Source of the DNA: Planctomycetota bacterium
Lineage (GTDB): Bacteria; Planctomycetota; Phycisphaerae; Phycisphaerales; UBA1924
Assembly: GCA_038746265.1 (NCBI GenBank)
Contig: JBCDKU010000001.1
Span: 54,281 to 118,280, forward strand
Direction of reading: 5' to 3'
Length of the DNA: 64,000 nt
Shown here: piece by piece, positions 26,605 through 36,221 of the stretch
Numbering within the stretch: the stretch's first letter is position 1
Layout of the letters: each line of letters opens with the position of its first letter
Position numbers and translations under genes: made by a program
The notes under the pieces: model-generated
Database searches by the model: none
Told to the model about the DNA's origin: nothing
The model's input: the letters and a program-made list of their open reading frames with translations, nothing else

Positions 26605-29600
26605 GGCTGACCTCCCGGAGGCGCGGGCGGCGCGTTGCCTCCCTGCTGTTCCTGCTGCTGCTCGCGGATCTGCTCGATCAGGTCGCGCGCGGTGTCGGCG
26701 ATGCGCTGCTGCATGTTGCCGAGCGATTCCGGATCGATCGAGCCCACGCGGCTTTCGCCCGATTCATCGACGAGCCGTGTCAGGTCCGCGACCTGCTTCT
26801 GGAGCGAGCGGAGCAGCTTGAGCTGCTGGATGTTCTCGATGAGCGCGTCGGGCTGGCCCGAGCCGCCGCCGCCGCCACCCCCGCCGCCGCCCTCGCTGAA
26901 CTCGTCCTCGGGCTGCTGCTGGTCGTCGCGGAGCGATTCGATCAGGCTGATGAGCACCTCGATCGCGCGCGACTGCGTCTGCACGACCGTGTCGGTCGCG
27001 CGGCCGCGCCGCAGCGCCGCGCCGGCCGCCCCCATGAGCCCGTCGAGCTGCTCGTGGGCGAGCTCGAAGACGATCGCGTCTTCCAATCCCTCGGTCGCGC
27101 CGAGTGCTTCCTGCAGTTGCTCCTGCAGGGTTTGCTGCCGCGTGCCGATGCCGCGGACCTCGCCGCGCTCGCGGCGGGCGAGGTCGCGCCCGACGAAGGT
27201 CTCGGTCTCGCCTCGGAGCGCGAGCTGCTGCTCGAGCGCGTCGCGGTAGGCCTGCTGCAGCTCGCGCTTCGCGCGGTCCTGCTCGCGCTGCTGCGCGTCC
27301 TCCTGAGCTTGCTTGGCGATCTCGAGCGCTTCCTGCAGCTTCGCGAGCGACGTCCGCTCGTCTTCTTCGGCGCCGACAAGGTCGGGCGGGCCCTGCCGCA
27401 GGAACGTGATCGCGGTGGTCTGCGCTTTCAGGGCCTCGTCGAGCAGGCCCGCGATGCGGTCGAGCTCCTCGAACTGCATCTCGGCCGCCTCGGCCGCGAC
27501 GCCGAGCGTGTTGCCGTTGAGCTCGATCATGCCGGCCGCGAGATTGATGTTCGCGCCGCCCTTGGCGAGATCGAGCCGTGTCAGCTCGTCGCGCTGGGCC
27601 TTGACAAGCTGTTCGAGCGACTCGGCCAAGTCCGCCGCTTGGCGCTGCAGCTCGCGATCGCGGTTGCGGGCGGCGTTGTCGAGTTCTTCGAGGGCCTGCT
27701 CGAGCGCGTCGATCGCCTCGTCCTGCTGCTGGCGGGCCGAGGTGGTCTGGTTGTTCTGGATCTGCTCCGAGGCTTCTTCCAGCTTCTGCGGCACCTGCGC
27801 CTCGCGGCCCGCGCTCGCGGCCTGCTGCATTGCGGACGCCTGCGCGGGGTCTGCCTGCTGCATCTGCTGGGCCCGCTCGCTCAGCTCGTCGAGCGCCTGC
27901 TCGGCGCGTTCTGCCAGCTCGCGCTGGCGCTGCGCGATCTTCTCGAGGTCGGAGAGCTGCCGCTCGGTGAGGTCGTCGGTGGACTGCCCGAGCGTCTCGG
28001 CGCCGAGGCGTTCGGTGTCCTCGGCGAGCTCGCGCTGGTCTTCGAGCAGCCGCTCGACCGACCGGCGCACGAGCCAGCCGTCCTCGCCGCGATCGAGGAG
28101 CCGCACGAGGCTGCCGAGCTGGTCGCGGACTTCGGACTGGGCTTCGGAAGCCTGCTGCTCGGCGGAGCGCTGTTCCTCGTCCCGGCCCTGCTCAGCGTTC
28201 TGCTGCGCCTCGCCCAGCTGCTCGGCGGCGCGGTTGGACTGCTCGCCCGCCTCGGCGAGCATCCGCTCGGCGTCGTCGAGCAGGCCCTCGAGCGCTTCGT
28301 CTTCGAGGCCGTTGCGTTCGCGGCGCTCCTGGAGTTGCTGGAGCGCTTCGAGCTGGACGCCGAGGCGTTCGCCGAGACCGGCCTGGGCTTCACGGGCGGC
28401 GTCGCGCTGCTCGGTCTGTTCCTGTTCCGAAAGGTCTTCTTCCGAGTCCGACGCGACGCGGCGAGCGGCTTGCTCGACGTCGGCTTGCTGCTCGTCGAGA
28501 CGGATCGCGGCGCGGCGGACAGACTGGAGCTGATTGCGGATCTGCTCGATCAGCTCGGCTTCGCCGATAATGCGGAGCACGCGGATCGCCGAGCGGCCCG
28601 GGTCGCGCGAGGTCTCGCGCGGGTCGTACACATCGGCGGCGAGCGCGGTGATCCAGACCTCGTCGCCCGGATCGACGTCGAGCGTCGAGAGATCGAGCGC
28701 CGTCGTCAGTGTCGCGGCGCGTTCGGGCTCGCCCGACATGACATCGAACGTGCGCTCGGCGATGACCACGCCCTCGTCGTCCTCGCTCGCGAGTTCGGGC
28801 GCAGCGCCGACGGAGCCCGCGGGCGGGCGGGCGATCTGCTGGAGAAGCCAGACGCGCTCGAGCGCGAGGTCGTCGCGGCCCTCGCCGAGCAGATCGACGA
28901 CAGCGGTCGCGAGCACGCGCTCGTCGCGGGCGGGCTCGGTGACGGCGGCGGTCGCGACCTGATCGGCGGCGACATCGAACGCGAAGACGGCTTCCTCGCG
29001 GCTGGTGAGGCCGTCGATGCCCTCGACGGAGACCGCGAGCCGTGCCGAGCGGGCAACGATGCCGCGGACGGCGATCGCGGCCTCGCTGTGCTCGACGGTG
29101 AACTGACCCGAGGCGAGCAGCGGGTCGAGCCACGCAGGGTTGCCGTCGGATGCGGCGAGCGGCTTGGTGAAGGCAAGGTCGAGGCTGATCATGGAGCCTT
29201 CGAGGATGGGGCCGATGACGCCGCGCTCGTCCTGACCGTCGCCGAGGTCGATCTCGCCGCCGACGAAGGAGGTGCCGGCGAGCAGGCCCTGGGCGTACTG
29301 GGGCGGTGTGACGGAGGCGGAGGCGGACGCGAGCGCGGGGGGATCGACGACGCGGACGCGGCGGGTGCGCGTCTGGTCGTCCTCGGTTTCGAGGGTGATC
29401 TCGACGACGCGCTCCGCGCCGGCGTCGGACTCGAACGCGCCGGGCTCGATGAGGCGTTCGAAGAGCCTGCCCCGGCGTCCGTCGAGCGCGGCGGCGTCGG
29501 CGGACTGGGCGGCGAGCACGACGCGGCGTTCCTCGGAGCGGCGGCCGTTCTCGATGATGCGGTAGCGGGCGACGACCTCGGTGCGCTCGGGGTTGGCTGT

Positions 29601-30359
29601 TGGCTTGAGCAGCACCGCGCGGATCGGGAGGGCGCGATCGGAGGGGTGTACCTCGGCGAGCGCGACGGGCTCGACGTCGGTGCGGCTCGGCCAGCGGACG
29701 TCGCGCCAGGGCGTGAGCGTGCGGGCGAGGCCCGTCGAGGACGCGGTCGGGAAGGCGATCAGGAGTGTGAGCGCGACGGCGAAGCCGCCGACGGCCATGC
29801 CCGCGCCGCGCCAGCCGGCGGCGGGCCGGACGAGGCGGCGGATCGCGTGCGACTTCTTGAAGGCGGCGAGGGCACGCTCGGTGGTCTCGGCGCGCAGGTC
29901 GGCTGTCATCGGGCCCGGGTCGTGGCGGTCGCGTTCGAGCTCGAGGGCGCTGGTGAGCAGCCCGTCGAGGCCGCCGGCTCGGTCGGCTTTCTCGCCGCGG
30001 GCGGCGGCTTGCTCGGCGTGCTTGTCGAGCTTCTCGAGGCGCAGCGCGAGAACAGACAGGCGCGGGCGGAACTTGATGGCGGGCAGGAGCTCCTTGAGGA
30101 GCCAGAGCGCGAGCAGCGCGAGGAGGCTCGCGAGGATGAGCCAGCGGAAGGCGGAGGGGAAGCGGAGGAAGAAATCGATCAGGCCCGCGACGGCGAGGGC
30201 GGCGACGGCGCCGCCGATGAGCAGGCCCGTCGCGTGGGCGAGGAGCATGAGCTTGGCGCGTCCGCGTGCGTCGCGGAGGGCGCGGCGGACCGGGCCGAGC
30301 CGCCGGGGAGCGTTGGTGCTCCTGGCGTTCGGCGTGTTGCTCTTGGTCTTGCTCGGCAT
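26601..30359 (-). CDS. large membrane-anchored coiled-coil protein (DUF4175-like by architecture)
   Basis: ATG 30359. Two N-terminal TM helices (LLIGGAVAALAVAGLIDFF, WLILASLLALLALWLL), a middle beta-rich region, about 600 aa of E/Q/R/A-rich coiled coil, and a Gly9 run. Its position after BatA/VWA genes fits known MoxR-DUF58-BatA-DUF4175 clusters. Confidence 0.6.
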   Translation of the reverse strand: MPSKTKSNTPNARSTNAPRRLGPVRRALRDARGRAKLMLLAHATGLLIGGAVAALAVAGLIDFFLRFPSAFRWLILASLLALLALWLLKELLPAIKFRPRLSVLALRLEKLDKHAEQAAARGEKADRAGGLDGLLTSALELERDRHDPGPMTADLRAETTERALAAFKKSHAIRRLVRPAAGWRGAGMAVGGFAVALTLLIAFPTASSTGLARTLTPWRDVRWPSRTDVEPVALAEVHPSDRALPIRAVLLKPTANPERTEVVARYRIIENGRRSEERRVVLAAQSADAAALDGRRGRLFERLIEPGAFESDAGAERVVEITLETEDDQTRTRRVRVVDPPALASASASVTPPQYAQGLLAGTSFVGGEIDLGDGQDERGVIGPILEGSMISLDLAFTKPLAASDGNPAWLDPLLASGQFTVEHSEAAIAVRGIVARSARLAVSVEGIDGLTSREEAVFAFDVAADQVATAAVTEPARDERVLATAVVDLLGEGRDDLALERVWLLQQIARPPAGSVGAAPELASEDDEGVVIAERTFDVMSGEPERAATLTTALDLSTLDVDPGDEVWITALAADVYDPRETSRDPGRSAIRVLRIIGEAELIEQIRNQLQSVRRAAIRLDEQQADVEQAARRVASDSEEDLSEQEQTEQRDAAREAQAGLGERLGVQLEALQQLQERRERNGLEDEALEGLLDDAERMLAEAGEQSNRAAEQLGEAQQNAEQGRDEEQRSAEQQASEAQSEVRDQLGSLVRLLDRGEDGWLVRRSVERLLEDQRELAEDTERLGAETLGQSTDDLTERQLSDLEKIAQRQRELAERAEQALDELSERAQQMQQADPAQASAMQQAASAGREAQVPQKLEEASEQIQNNQTTSARQQQDEAIDALEQALEELDNAARNRDRELQRQAADLAESLEQLVKAQRDELTRLDLAKGGANINLAAGMIELNGNTLGVAAEAAEMQFEELDRIAGLLDEALKAQTTAITFLRQGPPDLVGAEEDERTSLAKLQEALEIAKQAQEDAQQREQDRAKRELQQAYRDALEQQLALRGETETFVGRDLARRERGEVRGIGTRQQTLQEQLQEALGATEGLEDAIVFELAHEQLDGLMGAAGAALRRGRATDTVVQTQSRAIEVLISLIESLRDDQQQPEDEFSEGGGGGGGGGGSGQPDALIENIQQLKLLRSLQKQVADLTRLVDESGESRVGSIDPESLGNMQQRIADTARDLIEQIREQQQEQQGGNAPPAPPGGQP

Positions 30360-30537
30360 GTGTCCCCCGGCGGGTGAGCGTTTCGCCCTGCCCGCCTCCA
30401 TGATGACAGATTCGGCTCGGCGGGCGGTTCCGGTTCGGTCTCACCCGCGCCGACCCCAGATTGTTGCGTGCGGCGGGGTGCGGCCGCAAGGGAAATAGCC
30501 GTACAAACCACAAAACGGCGCACGGCGGTGGTCTGTG

Positions 30538-32895
30538 TCAGGACAGTCGGATGATTTTGCGCCCGATCCATTCCAGTCCGGCGAGAAGAACGAGGGCGAT
30601 CAGGAACGGGGGCGTGTCCCAGAGGGTGGCGATCTCGGGGGCGGCGATGATGGTGCGAGAGCGGTTGGGGAGCAGGTCGGGCAGGGTGTCGAGGGCGGTG
30701 GGCAGGATGACGGCGCCGCCGGTCTGCTCGGCGAGCTCGGCGAGGAGGGCGTGGTCGGTTTCGGGCTGGCGGAGCTCGTCGTCGGCGGCGACGACGGTGG
30801 CGATGAGTTCGAGCCCGAGCCCGGCGAGGAGGGGTTCATCGGCGCGGAGGGCGTAGCTGCCCGGGCGCTGCGGGAACCAGGTCGCGAGGTATTCGGCGGA
30901 GCCCCGCTCGCCCGCGATGGTGTCGGCGGCGCCCGATTCGAGCTCGAGGGTCTCGCGGGTGCCGTCGTTGGATTCGACGATGACGGTGACGGACGCGGGC
31001 GCGGCGTCGAGGAGCGCCTGATCGAAGAGGCGGACGGCGACGGTCGCGGGCGCGCCGGCGACGGGTTCGTCGGGCGCGACCTCGAGGACGGCGCGCTGGG
31101 CGGCGCGCTCAACGCGCTCGCGGGCGAGCAGGCGGAGCATGGGGAGCCAGAAGCGTTCGATGAGGTCCTCGCCGCGGCCGTAGCGCCAGCGCCAGATCTC
31201 GTCGGTGGCGACATAGATCACGCGGCCCGCGCCGAAGCGCATGGAGAGGACGGCGGGCGAGGCGGGGCCCCCATCGACGGGGATGGCGGAGGCGAAGGTC
31301 TCGGCGGCGGGCTTGAGCGTGCTCGGCGGGATCGCTTGGGCCCAGCGGAGGCGGGACCATCCGGTGCGCGGGTCGGAGACCCTGCCGGCCCAGATCTCGC
31401 CCGAGCCCTGCTCGCCGGCTTCTCCCAGTTCGAGCAGGCCCAGGCGTTCGGCGGCGATCTCGCGGCGGACGGTGACGTCTCCATCGATGAGGTCGAGCCC
31501 TGAGGGGTTGGAGCCCGAGCCCTGGGCGCTGACGCGCATGGGGAGCAGGTCGTCCATGGGGGTGTCGCGCCAGGAGCCGGGCGTGGCGCTGGGGCCGCCG
31601 AGCCAGAGAAGGCCCGCGCCGCGGTCGGCGATGTGCCGCTTGAGTGTCTCGAGCTGCTCGACGCCCAGGAGTTCGCCGCGCATGTCGCCCAGGATGACGA
31701 CGTCGAAGCGGTCCCACTCTTCGGGTGAGACGGGCAGGGTGTTGATGATGATGTCGCCCTCCTGCTGGTAGCGGCGGGCGGCGGCGAGGATGAGCGAGGA
31801 GCTGGAGATCGAGCCTTCGCGGAGCAGCAGGCCCTTGAGGTAGCGCTGCTCCCAGCGGGGCGCGCCGTCGAGGTAGAGCACGCGGATGGGGCCCGAGACG
31901 ACCTCGAGGGTTTGAGCAACCGCGTTGTTGGACGCGATGAGGTCGCCCGGGATGCCTCCATCGGCGAGCCGGACGATGAGCTCGCGCTCGCCGGCGGTGT
32001 CGATCTTGGTGGAGAGCAGGGCTTCGCCCGTATCGCTTGCTTCGGTGCGGTCGAGGACGAGGCCTGTCGAGGCTTCGACGAGCTCGACGATCGCGCCCTC
32101 GGGGGAGCCGCCGCCGCCGAGGCGGTCGATCTGGACTCGGAAGGGCACGACGTCCTCGGCGAAGACGACGGAGGGTGCGCGGACGGCGCGGACGGACCAG
32201 TCGGTGCGGGGCTCGGGGCTGCCGAGCGGGACGACAAAGACGGGGACCTGCTCTGCCTGGAGCCGGTTGAGGATGCGGCGGCTCGGGGGCTCGGCGGCGC
32301 GTCCGTCGCTGAAGAGGACGACGCCCGAGACGGGCTTGGCGGCGACCTTGCGGAGCGCGCCGTCGAGGGCGGCGTTGATGGAGGTGCGGCGGCCCGCGGG
32401 GTCGAGCAGGGTCGGCGCGCCCGTTTGGGTGCTGGCGAGGTCGTAGGTGGTGGCGTCGAAGCCGATCCAGGAGAGGCGCTTGTCGCTGTTGAGCGTGTCG
32501 AGCGTCGGGGCGGCGGTGGTGAGCGCGGACTGGAGCTCGCTTTCGCGTGTGCCGAGGTTGTCCGGGGCGTCGGGGATGGTCATGGAGACCGAGCGATCGA
32601 CGACGCCCACGACCCAGTCGCGTTCGACGGAGCTGCGGGAGCGTTCGAGGCGCGGGCCCGCGAGCATGACGGCGAGCAGGACGATCACGAGGGCGCGGAG
32701 GCCCGCGAGGGCGACGCGGGCGCGGGAGGGCGCTTCGAGGCGGGTGTAGCTCCAGGCGGCGAGGGCGATCGCGGCGACGACGACGAGGGCCCAGAGGTAG
32801 GCGGGGAGGGGTCGGTCCCAGCCGAGCTGGACGCCGTCGGCGCCGAAGCCGAGGCCGTCTGCCAGACCGAAGATGGAGTTGAGGAGGTCGTTCAC
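30538..32895 (-). CDS. membrane VWA-domain protein with GATase1/ThuA-like domain (BatB-like)
   Basis: GTG 32895 (GTGA overlap). TM helices, MIDAS-like VVDRSVSMT, FDVVILGDM...GAGLLWLGG, and a C-terminal TM. Confidence 0.6.
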   Translation of the reverse strand: MNDLLNSIFGLADGLGFGADGVQLGWDRPLPAYLWALVVVAAIALAAWSYTRLEAPSRARVALAGLRALVIVLLAVMLAGPRLERSRSSVERDWVVGVVDRSVSMTIPDAPDNLGTRESELQSALTTAAPTLDTLNSDKRLSWIGFDATTYDLASTQTGAPTLLDPAGRRTSINAALDGALRKVAAKPVSGVVLFSDGRAAEPPSRRILNRLQAEQVPVFVVPLGSPEPRTDWSVRAVRAPSVVFAEDVVPFRVQIDRLGGGGSPEGAIVELVEASTGLVLDRTEASDTGEALLSTKIDTAGERELIVRLADGGIPGDLIASNNAVAQTLEVVSGPIRVLYLDGAPRWEQRYLKGLLLREGSISSSSLILAAARRYQQEGDIIINTLPVSPEEWDRFDVVILGDMRGELLGVEQLETLKRHIADRGAGLLWLGGPSATPGSWRDTPMDDLLPMRVSAQGSGSNPSGLDLIDGDVTVRREIAAERLGLLELGEAGEQGSGEIWAGRVSDPRTGWSRLRWAQAIPPSTLKPAAETFASAIPVDGGPASPAVLSMRFGAGRVIYVATDEIWRWRYGRGEDLIERFWLPMLRLLARERVERAAQRAVLEVAPDEPVAGAPATVAVRLFDQALLDAAPASVTVIVESNDGTRETLELESGAADTIAGERGSAEYLATWFPQRPGSYALRADEPLLAGLGLELIATVVAADDELRQPETDHALLAELAEQTGGAVILPTALDTLPDLLPNRSRTIIAAPEIATLWDTPPFLIALVLLAGLEWIGRKIIRLS

Positions 32896-35162
32896 GCGCG
32901 GGCCGCCTCTCGTGCTCGGTCCTGGATGGGCGTCGCGGAGGTGCCCTTGAGGGCGTGGCTGGCGTAGCGGGCGAGGATCAGCTCGGCGAGCCCGACCGCG
33001 AGTGCGAGGGCGAGCAGGGGCATGTCCCACGGGGTGCGGTCGTTGGTGTCCACGGCTGCCTGGGTGTTCTCGGCGGGTTCGCCCTCGGCGGCGAGCCAGC
33101 GGACGGCGACGGGACCCGTCTGCGCTTCGGCGCCGGTGAGCCAGGCGGTGACGAGGTCGCGGTCGTTGGGGGCGGTCTCGGAGGCCTGCGGGTCGTGGCG
33201 GACGAGCAGCAGGCCCTGGTCGCGTGATTCCTCATCGACGGCGCGCCACCAGCCGGCGGTGCGGAGGGGCGGGGTGACGCCCGGCGCGACGCGTTGGCTG
33301 CGCTGACCCCGGACGATCTCGGTGGTGCGCGGCGGCAGGAGCGTGGTGCTCGCGCGGTCGCCCGCGGTCGCGGCGCGGGCGGAGGTAGACGCGCCGACGC
33401 CCGATCTGACGAGCTCCTGCATGAGCGGGACGAACAGGGGTTTGGCGGCGAGCTCGGACCAGGTGGGGTCGATCGCGGTGGTGAAGAGGGTGATCGTGCC
33501 CCGGGAGCTGGGCGGAGTGATCTGGGCGGCGATGGGCGAGCCGGTTTCGGTGACGAGCAGGGGGCGCACGGACTCGGATGAATCGAGGTCGAGGCGCTGG
33601 AAGACGCGGACGGCGCCGGCGAGCGCGGGGAGCTCGCCCTGCAGGAGGGCGAGGGGGGAGCTGTCCTCGATCGTGAACTCGGTGGCGAGGCGCTCGGGGG
33701 CCGGGGGCTCGGTGATGTCGCGCGCGACGGCGAGGTCGGTATCGATCGCTTCGGCGAGGGCATCGGGCCAGGTGTTCGCGCCCTTGGCGGCGGGGGGCGC
33801 GATGATCAGTGGCTTGCCCGCGCGGACGAAGGTCGCGAGGCGGGCCCAGCTTCCGGCGTTGACGAGGTCGGGGCGGAGAACGACGACGGCGTCGAGCTGC
33901 GCGAGGCGGGGGGCGTCGAGGGAAGCGGGGTCGAGATCAACGGGCTCGATGCCCGCGGAGAGCTCGGGGGTGGGGCGGAGGGCGGCGCGGACCCAGTCGG
34001 CGGGCTCGAAGTCGTTGACGCCCACGCGGCGGCCGAAGCGGGCGCGGGCGACGACGCCCACGCGGAGCTCGCGCTTGAGCTCGATGGCGGCGAGCTGGGT
34101 GTCGTCGGCGGTGATGGTGTTCTGCAGGTCGGTCGATTCGACGGCGGCCTCGACGAGGAGCGCGCCGTCGCGGCGGATCTCGTCTAGGCGGGGGAGGGCG
34201 AGCGTGACGGCGGCGACGCGGTCGCCCGGCTCGAAGCTCACGCGGGCGCGGGTGACGCGGGCGTCGCCCGTGGGGGTCTCGGTCTCGCCCGGCTCGCGGA
34301 GGCGGAGGGTGACGGTCGCGGTCGCGGCGGCGGCGGACGAGCCCTCGTCGCGCCCGACGACGACGCGGACCTGGCGGACGGACGCGCCGGGCCCGGTGAT
34401 CTGGACGCGGCGGACGGGCTCGACGAGCTGGATCCAGGCGTTGCCCGCGGCGGCGCCGGCGGGTGTGATCGCGGAGAGCGAGACCGCGCCGTCCTGTGCG
34501 AGGGCGGCGAGGGAGTCGGCGTCGGTGATGGAGCCGCTGCGGAAGCCCGAGAGCAGGACGACGGTCGCGCGGGTGGCGCCCGCGTCGTCCTGGGTGGTCG
34601 CGCCCTCGACGGCGGCGGTGGCGGCGGCGATGGCTTCGGGCCAGTTCGCGCGGCTGTCGGTGGGCTGGGCGTTGGTGATGAGACGGCCCACGGCGGCGAG
34701 ATCGGTGGAGGCGGGCGTGACGACGGGGTCGGCGGGGCCTCCCGCGAGGATCAGCGCGGCGCGGTCGCCTCTGCCGACATCGAGCGAATCGAGGACGGTG
34801 GCTGCGACGGCTTTGGAGCGGTCGAGCTCGGTGGAGCCGTCGGCGGTGGCGACGCGGCTGGTCAGGGAGTTATCGAGGACGAGGACGACGGTGCGGGGGC
34901 CCGCGCCGCCCAGCGCGCCTTCTCCCAGGAGCGGCCTGCCGATGGCGAGTGCGGCGAGGGCGATGAGCAGGCAGCGGAGTGCGAGCAGGATGAGCTGCTC
35001 GAGCTGCATGCGGCGGCGCTGCTTTTTGTACGCCTCGATGAGGAAGCGCATGGCCGCGAACTTCATGGGTTTGCGGCGGCGGCGCATGAGGATGTGGATG
35101 AGGATCGGGATCGCGACGGCGGCGAGGCCCGCGCCGAGCAGGATGGGGTTGAGGAAGCTCAT
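32892..35162 (-). CDS. BatA-domain (aerotolerance-regulator N-terminal double-TM) protein
   Basis: MSFLNPILLGAGLAAVAIPILIHILMRRRRK...QLILLALRCLLIALAALAIGRP, then VVLVLDNSLTS. C-terminal TM. Confidence 0.7.
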   Translation of the reverse strand: MSFLNPILLGAGLAAVAIPILIHILMRRRRKPMKFAAMRFLIEAYKKQRRRMQLEQLILLALRCLLIALAALAIGRPLLGEGALGGAGPRTVVLVLDNSLTSRVATADGSTELDRSKAVAATVLDSLDVGRGDRAALILAGGPADPVVTPASTDLAAVGRLITNAQPTDSRANWPEAIAAATAAVEGATTQDDAGATRATVVLLSGFRSGSITDADSLAALAQDGAVSLSAITPAGAAAGNAWIQLVEPVRRVQITGPGASVRQVRVVVGRDEGSSAAAATATVTLRLREPGETETPTGDARVTRARVSFEPGDRVAAVTLALPRLDEIRRDGALLVEAAVESTDLQNTITADDTQLAAIELKRELRVGVVARARFGRRVGVNDFEPADWVRAALRPTPELSAGIEPVDLDPASLDAPRLAQLDAVVVLRPDLVNAGSWARLATFVRAGKPLIIAPPAAKGANTWPDALAEAIDTDLAVARDITEPPAPERLATEFTIEDSSPLALLQGELPALAGAVRVFQRLDLDSSESVRPLLVTETGSPIAAQITPPSSRGTITLFTTAIDPTWSELAAKPLFVPLMQELVRSGVGASTSARAATAGDRASTTLLPPRTTEIVRGQRSQRVAPGVTPPLRTAGWWRAVDEESRDQGLLLVRHDPQASETAPNDRDLVTAWLTGAEAQTGPVAVRWLAAEGEPAENTQAAVDTNDRTPWDMPLLALALAVGLAELILARYASHALKGTSATPIQDRAREAARA

Positions 35163-36187
35163 CCGTGCTTGCTCCGCTTGAGCAGGGCGTTGCGGCGGGC
35201 GACGTAGGCGGCGAGGGGCGGGCCCAGCCAGTCGTGGGTGCCGAACTGCTGGACGTCGAAGCCGAAGGAGCGGAAGAGCTTGTCGAGCTTGCGGTTGTGC
35301 TCGGAGATGGCGTCGAGGTAGCCCGCGCGGAGGGCGCGGGGATCGACCCGGAGCGTGCCTTCGCCCTCGAGGCCCTCGAAGGGCGCGGCGTCGGCGAAGG
35401 CGAAGTCGGTCTCAGAGCGGTCGAGGATCTGGAAGGCGATCACGTCGTGCCCGCGGTGCTTGACGCGGGCGAGGGCGGTGCGGACGGCGTCGAGATCGGT
35501 GAAGAAGTCGCTGATGACGACGAGCATCGCGCGGTTGGTGATGGAGCCCAGCACCTGATCGATCGCGCGGGGGAAATCGGTCGGGGCGTCCACGGTCTCG
35601 GTGGAGAGCGCACCGACGATCTGTCGCCACGTGCCGCGGCTGCTGGAGCGGCCGACCATGGCGCGGATCTCATCGGCGAAGACGACGAGCCCGGAGCGGT
35701 CGCCCTGTCGCAGGGTGACGTAGGAGAGGGCCGCGGCGAGCGCGGTGGCGTGGTCGAACTTGGTCCAGTTGGTGCGGCCGTCGAGTGACTGCTTGGCGCC
35801 CTCGCCCGAGGCGGACTCGAAGCTTCGGGTGCCGTAGTTCATGGAGCCCGAGCTATCGACCAGGACGACGAGATCGAGGTTGGTTTCCTGCTGGTACTGC
35901 TTGACCTGGAGCTTGTCGGTCTTGGCGTAGACCTTCCAGTCGAGGTGGCGGAGGTCATCGCCCGGCGAGTAGGCGCGGTGCTGGGCGAACTCGACGGAGA
36001 CGCCGCGGTAGGGCGAGCGGTGCATGCCGCTCATGACGCCCTCGACGATCATCTTGGCGCGGAGCTCGAAGGAGCCGAGTCGGGCGAGGGTCTGGGGGTG
36101 CAGGTAGAGCGACGCGTCGGGCTGCTTGGCGTCGGCGGATGAGGCGGCGCTGGATGTCGATCGCTGTTCCGCGGGTGCGGCGTCCAT
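35159..36187 (-). CDS. DUF58 family (VWA-like) protein
   Basis: SPYRGVSVEFAQHRAYSPGDDLRHLDWKVYAKTDK and VVLVDSSGSM. Confidence 0.8.
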   Translation of the reverse strand: MDAAPAEQRSTSSAASSADAKQPDASLYLHPQTLARLGSFELRAKMIVEGVMSGMHRSPYRGVSVEFAQHRAYSPGDDLRHLDWKVYAKTDKLQVKQYQQETNLDLVVLVDSSGSMNYGTRSFESASGEGAKQSLDGRTNWTKFDHATALAAALSYVTLRQGDRSGLVVFADEIRAMVGRSSSRGTWRQIVGALSTETVDAPTDFPRAIDQVLGSITNRAMLVVISDFFTDLDAVRTALARVKHRGHDVIAFQILDRSETDFAFADAAPFEGLEGEGTLRVDPRALRAGYLDAISEHNRKLDKLFRSFGFDVQQFGTHDWLGPPLAAYVARRNALLKRSKHG

Positions 36188-36221
36188 GGTGTGATGGTAC
36201 CGGCGGGGGCGCGGGGCGCGG

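Noticed and set aside
27054-30513. 1107-aa plus-strand ORF (27054..30377) and 707-aa alternate-frame minus ORF (28390..30513)
   Set aside because: Both overlap the 26601..30359 gene. The accepted frame has TM helices, a coherent coiled coil and 4-nt coupling to its neighbours. The alternatives are repetitive G/R/E/A or R/P strings.
33322-35181. 619-aa plus-strand ORF
   Set aside because: It is antisense to the BatA-domain gene. The translation is S/R/A/P-rich and lacks motifs. The minus frame has the diagnostic BatA N-terminus and operon coupling.
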